54,143 nt of DNA, from positions 1 through 54,143 of the forward strand of contig CAYSKO010000012.1 in assembly GCA_964431835.1 (NCBI GenBank), read 5' to 3'. A model generated the notes under the pieces. It was given only the letters and a program-made list of their open reading frames with translations, ran no database searches and was not told the origin of the DNA. This DNA is from an uncultured Planctomycetia bacterium. Lineage in GTDB: Bacteria > Omnitrophota > Gorgyraeia > 2-02-FULL-51-18. The translations under genes and the position numbers were made by a program. Positions 49,601 to 54,143 of the stretch are shown here, one piece after another (within the stretch, counting starts at the first letter, position 1; every line of letters starts with the position of its first letter).

Positions 49601-52600
49601 CGCGGCGGGCTTAAGAACGACGATGTCCTTGCTCACCATGTACTTGGCGGCGCCGAGCACATTTCCGGAATACGCGAGGCTTCCGGTGTCGAGGCGGACG
49701 ATGACGGTCTGTTTGCTGGAATCGCTGGAAGAAACTAGATAGGGCTTGGCCTCCGGGTTGCGGAGCGTACCCGGAGCAATCGCCAAGGAGAACGCTTTCG
49801 CTCCCTCCTCACCGCCGGGGATGGAAGACGCGGAGATGTCGCTCCCCTGCGGCCGCACGAACGCGACGCGGGAGCCGTCCGAGGCACCGGGGTTCAAAAC
49901 CAGCACGTACGCTTTGCGTTCGGACGGCACGCGCAGGGCGACGTAAGTTTTGTTTTCGATGACCGCGACTTTCGCATCGAAGCGCTCTTTGCCTGCGAGC
50001 GTACGCCGGATCTCGCGTTCAGCTTCGTCGGTCTTCATGCGACTTTCCTCGAGGATCTGGAGCAACCGGGTGATGCCTGTCTCCGGGTCCGCCTCATAGA
50101 CGTAATCGGTGGGGGTAGCGGCCATGCGGGCGCCGAAGACGCCGCGGATGTTCCCAGCGACGGTCTCGTAATCTTGGCCACCGTTTTCCGGCAGCGCGGC
50201 CCGGCGCATAGCTTCCGCTAAGTCGGTCTCGAGTGAGCCTGAGAACGACCAGTCGTTCAGGACGCGCACCACGGCGGCCCGGGCGAACGCGTCGGCGGGG
50301 TCGTTCGAAATGGAGATTTTGCCTTCACGGGCGAGCGCTTCGCGGAGCGTGTCGTCTCCGATGAGGATCTCGAGCGCGAGCGGCGCGGCCGGATCAGCCA
50401 TCGCGCGAACGACGCGAGCATCCTTGAGAAGCGCGGGCGCGTTCTTCGCAGCAAACGCGAACGCGAGCAGCTTGAATTCGGGATCCGCTGAGGAGAAAAG
50501 GATCGGCGCTTCGACTTCGGTAGGTATACGCGCACCGGACGCCTTCGAAGCCTGCACGCGGGCGGCCACGTCGCGGAACTCCGCGTCCTTGTGCTGATCG
50601 AGCATCATGGGGCCGGTTCCGGGGATTTTGCTCTTAAGGACGCCCCAGGCGACGTTGACAGGAGCCTTGAACGCATTGATCACCACGCCCTCCTGCTGGA
50701 AGGACTTGGAGTCGGTGCGCGCGGTGAACATGTCGGTGAAGTAGTACTCGGGGTAGTAGAACGCGAAGCCATTGGAGTGCGTCTTCTTGGTCAGCGTCAT
50801 CGGCGTGGTGTCGGGCTTCATCTGTGAGGCGATGAACGTGAACGTGAGCATGCGGTTGAGGAACGGGTTCTGGCCGGTGAACGCCTGGGTGGCGGCGTCC
50901 GAGTCGGCCAAGGCCGGGCCTTCGGCGGTGAAGTCGCGTGAGCCGTCCTGCGTGGCGGCCGATCCGCCCTTTTGGCCGGTGGCGTTGAGGAGTCCTTCGA
51001 AGATCGTGTCCTTCTGGAATTTGTCCTTCATGTAGAGCAAGAGCGCCAGACGGTCTACCGGCAGCGCTTCGGGCGTCAGCTGGGGGTTGTCGTCGATATT
51101 GGCGTTGGAGATGACCTTGCCACCGCGCGCGCTCATGTACTGGTAGGGTGAGACGCTCTCGACGGCGACTTGGCCCGCGTCGTCGATCGTGAAGCTGGTA
51201 CCGGCGGCGTTCAGGTCGCTGGCAATGATGCCGTGGCCGAACACGTGGCGGACCGGGGCCGTCAGGCCGTTGGCCTGGGCGAACGCGGCGTCCATCGGGA
51301 CGAACTCGCCCTTGTCGTTGCGCACGAAGGTCGGGAATACGTTGGCCTGCAAGAACAGCACGTTCTTGCGGTCGAATCCGAAGAAGTTGTTGTCGATCCA
51401 CTCGTCGACGATGTCGGGGCCGGCTTCGCTGTTGATGCTAACAACGAGCTTTCCGTTGGCCTTCACGAACGCTTCGGCGTCGACGCCGCGCTTCTGGGCG
51501 AGTTTTTCCAGTTCGGCGCGGTACTGGATGACTTCGTGCGCGCCCAGGGACAGATCGAGCAGGTACTGTTCGAGAGGATCGAGGTTCGCGGCGGCGGCTT
51601 GAGCCTGTTTTTGGAACGCTTTGAGCTCATCCTTGACCAGCTGGTTCTCGGCCGCGTCCTTGCCGCCGTAGTCGGCAAGCGGAATTAGGTCGAGATCGAG
51701 CGAAGCGAAGTTGCGCAGCGTAAAGAGCGACTTGGCGCCGCCGCCCAGGATCGAAGCCGCGCGCGTGGCCTGGCCGCCCCAGAGCATGAGTTTCACGAAT
51801 TCGCCGGAGGCGACGGAGTCTTCGGCCTTCTGGCGGTAGGGGCCGGCGTCCGGAGTGCTCAGGAAGTCGGCGTTCAGGCGTAGCGGATCGGCTTTTTGGA
51901 GCGTGCCGACGAGCGGATGGCGGTTGATTGTCTTAAGCGCGCTATCGGAGACCGCGCTGGAATCGGCCGGCACGCCCAACGTCTGCGTGAGGGTCTGACC
52001 GACCGAGGTCATGTAGGCTTGGGCGGCGTTATAAGTGGAGGTGTAGGAAGCGGACTGTGCGGGGAGGGCGATGCGGGCGCCCATCGGCAACTCTTTCATC
52101 TTTTCGCGGATGCCGTCGCCGTCCGGATTCTTCTCGAGCCGCTTTTCGTACAACGAGCGGGCAAGATCGTAATTCTTCGCCTTGCGGGCCTGGTCGCCGA
52201 GGAATTCGTAGAGGTCGACGAGCGTCTCGAGCGTCCGCAGGTGCGGGTCGCGGGCGTCCTGGCTGAGCTCGAGCGAACGTGCGAACGAAGCGGCGGCGGA
52301 TTCGAGGAAGTCTTCGGCCGTGCGGCCTTCGGCGTCCAAGCCGAAAATCAGCGAACGCAGGCCGCGCGCGTGCGCTTCGCCGGCCCGGAAATAATTGGCG
52401 CGAGAAGGGTCGTAGTATCTCGCCGCTTCAAACGCAGCGATGGCTTCATCGTAACGCTGGTAGACCGCGAGAATGCGGCCGAGGCGATAATAAGCTCCCG
52501 CCACTTCGAGGGCCGCACTTTCGTGCTCGCCGGCCTGCCGGTCCTCGGAGCCTCTAAGGATGATCTCGAGATTGTTGATTTGACGGCGCAATTCCTGCAC

Positions 52601-54143
52601 CACAGTCTCGTAGACCACCTTGAAAACCTTGATCTCGCCAGAGGAACCGGCGCGCACGACGTTCACCGTGAGATCGCCGCTGACCGGGTCGAACGAAGGC
52701 GCGGCGAGGCCCGGGACCCACGGATTGTTCTTCACGGCGCTGGCGATGGTGGCAAAGTCCTCGGCCGGTACGAGACCGTTGTGCGTAAGGACCGAATCCC
52801 AGGTGCGGGCGTCGGGCGCGTGTTCGGCGTTCGGGTTCGCGAAACCGAACTTCTCGAGGCGTTCGCGTTCGTAATCGGAGAATTCCGCGCCGTCGCGGTC
52901 GAGGTCGGAGTGGGCGGCTTTTTCGCTGAGGCGTTCCGCCGAGACTAGGCGCGCGCTCATTTCGCCGTCGATGGCCTTCACGAGCGTCGCCGTGAGCACG
53001 CCCTCGGGAGCTCCACCGGCACCGGTCATGAAGTCGAGATGCATCGCGAAGTCGTCGCTACTCGCAAGCGCGAGCGTGGGAGTCAGGTCGCCGTCGGCGA
53101 GGAGGAAGAGGTTGCCCACACGCAGGATGCCGACGTCCTTGACGCGTTTGTCGAGCGCCTTGAACGCGCGGTCGAGATCATCCTGCGTCTTTCTGATCAG
53201 CTCCTCGTTGGCCGGCGAGGGCGGTAGATCGCGGGAGGCCTGCGAAGCCTTGAATTTGGCGACGAGGTCGAGAAGGCCAGAGTCGCCGCCGACGTCGATC
53301 CCGCCCTCGAGAAGCTCGATCACGCGGCGGATGTGACGCGGACGGAAAAGAATGCCACCCTTAAGGGCCGAAACGGGTTTACCAGTCTTCGTGGCGATCG
53401 CGTTCAGGTTGTCGGCGGTCTTTTTCTCGACGCTGACGCCAGCGCCCTTGGCCTGCGGACCAACGACCCACTTCGAGATGTAAAGGTCCGGCGCGTTCAT
53501 GAGACCGCCGCGCGGCGCGTAGGCGGCGATCGAGACGCTGCCCTGGATCGCCTCGCGGACGATGCCGTTCGTGAGCTCGAGCACATCGATTGCGATGTCG
53601 GTCTCCGGCTCTTCGGAAGGGCTCGTGAAGCCGCCGCCGACGCGCTCGCCAATGAAAAGCATGGGCGCTTCGTCGCGTTCGCCTTCGCCGATGACGATCT
53701 CGCCTTTCAGGTTCTTGAGGCCGTGGTTGTAATATTCGCGCAGCCAGAACGTGGTCTCGCCATCGCCCTGGTCTTTCGTGAAGGAATTCCTCGAGCCGAG
53801 ATCGTGCTTCCATTTCATCACGCGCTGCGCGGCGATGTTCGTCGCATGGACGAGCTCGGGGCGGTCGGTCTCGTACGAGCCGGCCGTGCGCACGGCTTGG
53901 CCGACGACGGCGACGGTTTTTACGGATTTGACGCGAACGACGTTGTCGTCGATGCCAGGGACATACGAATCGGCGATGCGGCTTTCGGCCGGGGCCATCC
54001 GCGCACCGGTAGCCGCTTGGAGCGCGCGGTCGAGATAGGTTTCCGCCAGACCGATCGCCTGTATGTACTCGTCTTGGACGCCCAGCACGTGGACGATCTG
54101 GCGCAGCTTGTCGGCAAAAACGGGGCTCGCGCGAAGCTTCGCG
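46700..54143 (-). CDS. Giant multi-module protein, 5'-truncated by the window (>2480 aa): GlpX-like FBPase + TPRs, UDP-sugar pyrophosphorylase-like, KDPG-aldolase-like and unknown domains
   Basis: One frame is open from the window edge (AKLRASPVFADKLRQIVHVLGVQ..., no stop upstream of 54088) to TAA at 46700. Several enzyme motifs are recognisable (see sub-features). Confidence 0.9.
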   Translation of the reverse strand, partial: AKLRASPVFADKLRQIVHVLGVQDEYIQAIGLAETYLDRALQAATGARMAPAESRIADSYVPGIDDNVVRVKSVKTVAVVGQAVRTAGSYETDRPELVHATNIAAQRVMKWKHDLGSRNSFTKDQGDGETTFWLREYYNHGLKNLKGEIVIGEGERDEAPMLFIGERVGGGFTSPSEEPETDIAIDVLELTNGIVREAIQGSVSIAAYAPRGGLMNAPDLYISKWVVGPQAKGAGVSVEKKTADNLNAIATKTGKPVSALKGGILFRPRHIRRVIELLEGGIDVGGDSGLLDLVAKFKASQASRDLPPSPANEELIRKTQDDLDRAFKALDKRVKDVGILRVGNLFLLADGDLTPTLALASSDDFAMHLDFMTGAGGAPEGVLTATLVKAIDGEMSARLVSAERLSEKAAHSDLDRDGAEFSDYERERLEKFGFANPNAEHAPDARTWDSVLTHNGLVPAEDFATIASAVKNNPWVPGLAAPSFDPVSGDLTVNVVRAGSSGEIKVFKVVYETVVQELRRQINNLEIILRGSEDRQAGEHESAALEVAGAYYRLGRILAVYQRYDEAIAAFEAARYYDPSRANYFRAGEAHARGLRSLIFGLDAEGRTAEDFLESAAASFARSLELSQDARDPHLRTLETLVDLYEFLGDQARKAKNYDLARSLYEKRLEKNPDGDGIREKMKELPMGARIALPAQSASYTSTYNAAQAYMTSVGQTLTQTLGVPADSSAVSDSALKTINRHPLVGTLQKADPLRLNADFLSTPDAGPYRQKAEDSVASGEFVKLMLWGGQATRAASILGGGAKSLFTLRNFASLDLDLIPLADYGGKDAAENQLVKDELKAFQKQAQAAAANLDPLEQYLLDLSLGAHEVIQYRAELEKLAQKRGVDAEAFVKANGKLVVSINSEAGPDIVDEWIDNNFFGFDRKNVLFLQANVFPTFVRNDKGEFVPMDAAFAQANGLTAPVRHVFGHGIIASDLNAAGTSFTIDDAGQVAVESVSPYQYMSARGGKVISNANIDDNPQLTPEALPVDRLALLLYMKDKFQKDTIFEGLLNATGQKGGSAATQDGSRDFTAEGPALADSDAATQAFTGQNPFLNRMLTFTFIASQMKPDTTPMTLTKKTHSNGFAFYYPEYYFTDMFTARTDSKSFQQEGVVINAFKAPVNVAWGVLKSKIPGTGPMMLDQHKDAEFRDVAARVQASKASGARIPTEVEAPILFSSADPEFKLLAFAFAAKNAPALLKDARVVRAMADPAAPLALEILIGDDTLREALAREGKISISNDPADAFARAAVVRVLNDWSFSGSLETDLAEAMRRAALPENGGQDYETVAGNIRGVFGARMAATPTDYVYEADPETGITRLLQILEESRMKTDEAEREIRRTLAGKERFDAKVAVIENKTYVALRVPSERKAYVLVLNPGASDGSRVAFVRPQGSDISASSIPGGEEGAKAFSLAIAPGTLRNPEAKPYLVSSSDSSKQTVIVRLDTGSLAYSGNVLGAAKYMVSKDIVVLKPAAATPAPSGSAIAGARLPSRTLTLRQVNAFRVESGLHTEIGAQPPFQAVAPERIGRFGEIMRQNRVMVGVDNAALVAETRRQSPEAVIFLHLQKSDLEAVRRGVEAGANVVVLPDATPERVDAIRTDTVASRAVLFSTVDDTAPDVKAALDAALRSGTEGVLLKRFDRVEQALVAAGYPLTRLRSEYPALLIGAAGGIFENRVAQVLGRPERLIAFVGINQTEPDAFEDQVLNYADAVRTVIRTRGSVAEYRPDSERFGRFEEFLERLRSLGVPPAEVEAYARPFGPLGAFAVVTRTGLRRPDGTRIRFAAVRGALEDALSIFRIVSRPGETARIEPLSFAGSPNVPVATVFQALGREAVEIYRDPFDASRLRLSVNEGAGRTSVYALTGEGSLERLPEAARIVEGLTLAGLTAEGASNPLALFARADAALEFLNTLPRLDASLAGALVDEIRARAASDPRVLSHLESYVTALETALRPAENEIEAHLRTYGQALSLPASELGERLSVRRNQFTSPAYRALNEEIAPSGTTRAFLLSQLRDAVLTARRTVAERVPERPAGARLAIADIRQAGTRIAAHLDDLKPGDPALVSYASTAPRLGVPVALPLLVYGISLDERGAVSVSTVEVTTPAELAAVQNPGVTPETLARFARTADETRRFESRTALVGEVREELRALRTGVETPVPTASVPTAAPEIADTRTLLSRFLDAIPSLGKLVFWMRSNWSIYGVSGAAVDPSILGAAPQTTYVVGMPYAAVFDENGYDMTVDFQEGARVNAAKLERAGFQGTLMIAITHRGDPLARQARELAEAKLAAHEQALAGKVRFTLVELSKEEKLADGLDAALASRFPEMKRSGMSIGLAVNSESPENVAAEMATVSADLQKLKAQGRLNVFAVQRPGANETISFAGVLVVATLNAAGLDLSNYPELAPYLKKTDSGYGFVIVLVKPQPLTADLEILLLSKRATDSAA
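48890..49420 (-). other. KDPG/KHG-aldolase-like TIM-barrel module in the giant protein (approximate bounds)
   Basis: AVRRGVEAGANVVVLP, ALRSGTEGVLLKRF and LTRLRSEYPALLIGAAGGI resemble the A..AGA.F.VSP, G...vKlFP and P.GGV motifs of class I KDPG aldolases; divergent. Confidence 0.45.
50540..52060 (-). other. UTP-sugar-1-phosphate uridylyltransferase (UGP/UAP/USP family) module in the giant protein (approximate bounds)
   Basis: KLMLWGGQATR (cf. LAGGQGTRL), FLQANVFP, FGHG, NIDDN, KGG. Confidence 0.7.
52085..52520 (-). repeat. TPR-like helical repeats in the giant protein (approximate bounds)
   Basis: AYYRLGRILAVYQRYDEAIAAFEAARYYDP and LGDQARKAKNYDLARSLYEKRLEKNP match TPR periodicity. Confidence 0.75.
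52600..53870 (-). other. Class II fructose-1,6-bisphosphatase (GlpX-like) module in the giant protein (approximate bounds)
   Basis: GEIVIGEGERDEAPMLFIGERVG, DIAIDVLELT, APDLY, RPRH, DGD, GGAPEGVL...GEMSARL. Confidence 0.85.

Larger units (their letters stand above)
47915..54007 (-). repeat. Six dispersed G-A-R-[MIL]-[AP] peptide motifs in the giant ORF
   Basis: GARMA 53993-54007, GARIA 52067-52081, GARIP 50522-50536, GARMA 50120-50134, GARLP 49553-49567, GARLA 47915-47929. Confidence 0.8.

Noticed and set aside
1-54143. CRISPR arrays, transposases, integrases, prophage genes, rRNA
   Set aside because: No spaced direct repeats or relevant protein or RNA motifs were seen anywhere in the window.

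Overview
High-GC bacterial chromosomal window, almost entirely on the minus strand. Gene content and order, plus a giant multi-enzyme gene, suggest Candidatus Omnitrophota (PVC superphylum); this is inference, not a search result. Bases 1-46.6 kb are core housekeeping. In order: tRNA-Ser/serS, a GT-C-type membrane protein, tRNA-Lys, frr-pyrH-tsf-rpsB, msbA and an ArnT-like transferase, a GnnA-like oxidoreductase with lpxB, glnA with a GlnR-like pseudo-receiver regulator, lpxI-lpxA-fabZ-lpxC-lpxD-skp-bamA, dnaB-rplI-rpsR-ssb-rpsF-pth-rplY-prs-glmU, a stand-alone clpX, tRNA-Gln, ispE, a lipoprotein, a compact FtsH-like protease, an unannotated 31-aa bS22-like ORF, hisG, a PpiD/SurA-like chaperone, and nrdR-glyA-rpiB-phosphatase-purEDMFLQSB. 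The standout is the last 7.4 kb, the 3' part of a giant ORF (>2480 aa, open past the window edge). It is built of unrelated modules: GlpX-type fructose-1,6-bisphosphatase plus TPRs, a UDP-sugar pyrophosphorylase, a KDPG-aldolase-like barrel, several unknown domains and a C-terminal module ending -SAA. Six G-A-R-[M/I/L]-[A/P] motifs, written with varied synonymous codons, punctuate it at apparent module boundaries. This looks like a motif-delimited bacterial polyprotein, with the motif as a candidate processing or assembly signal.
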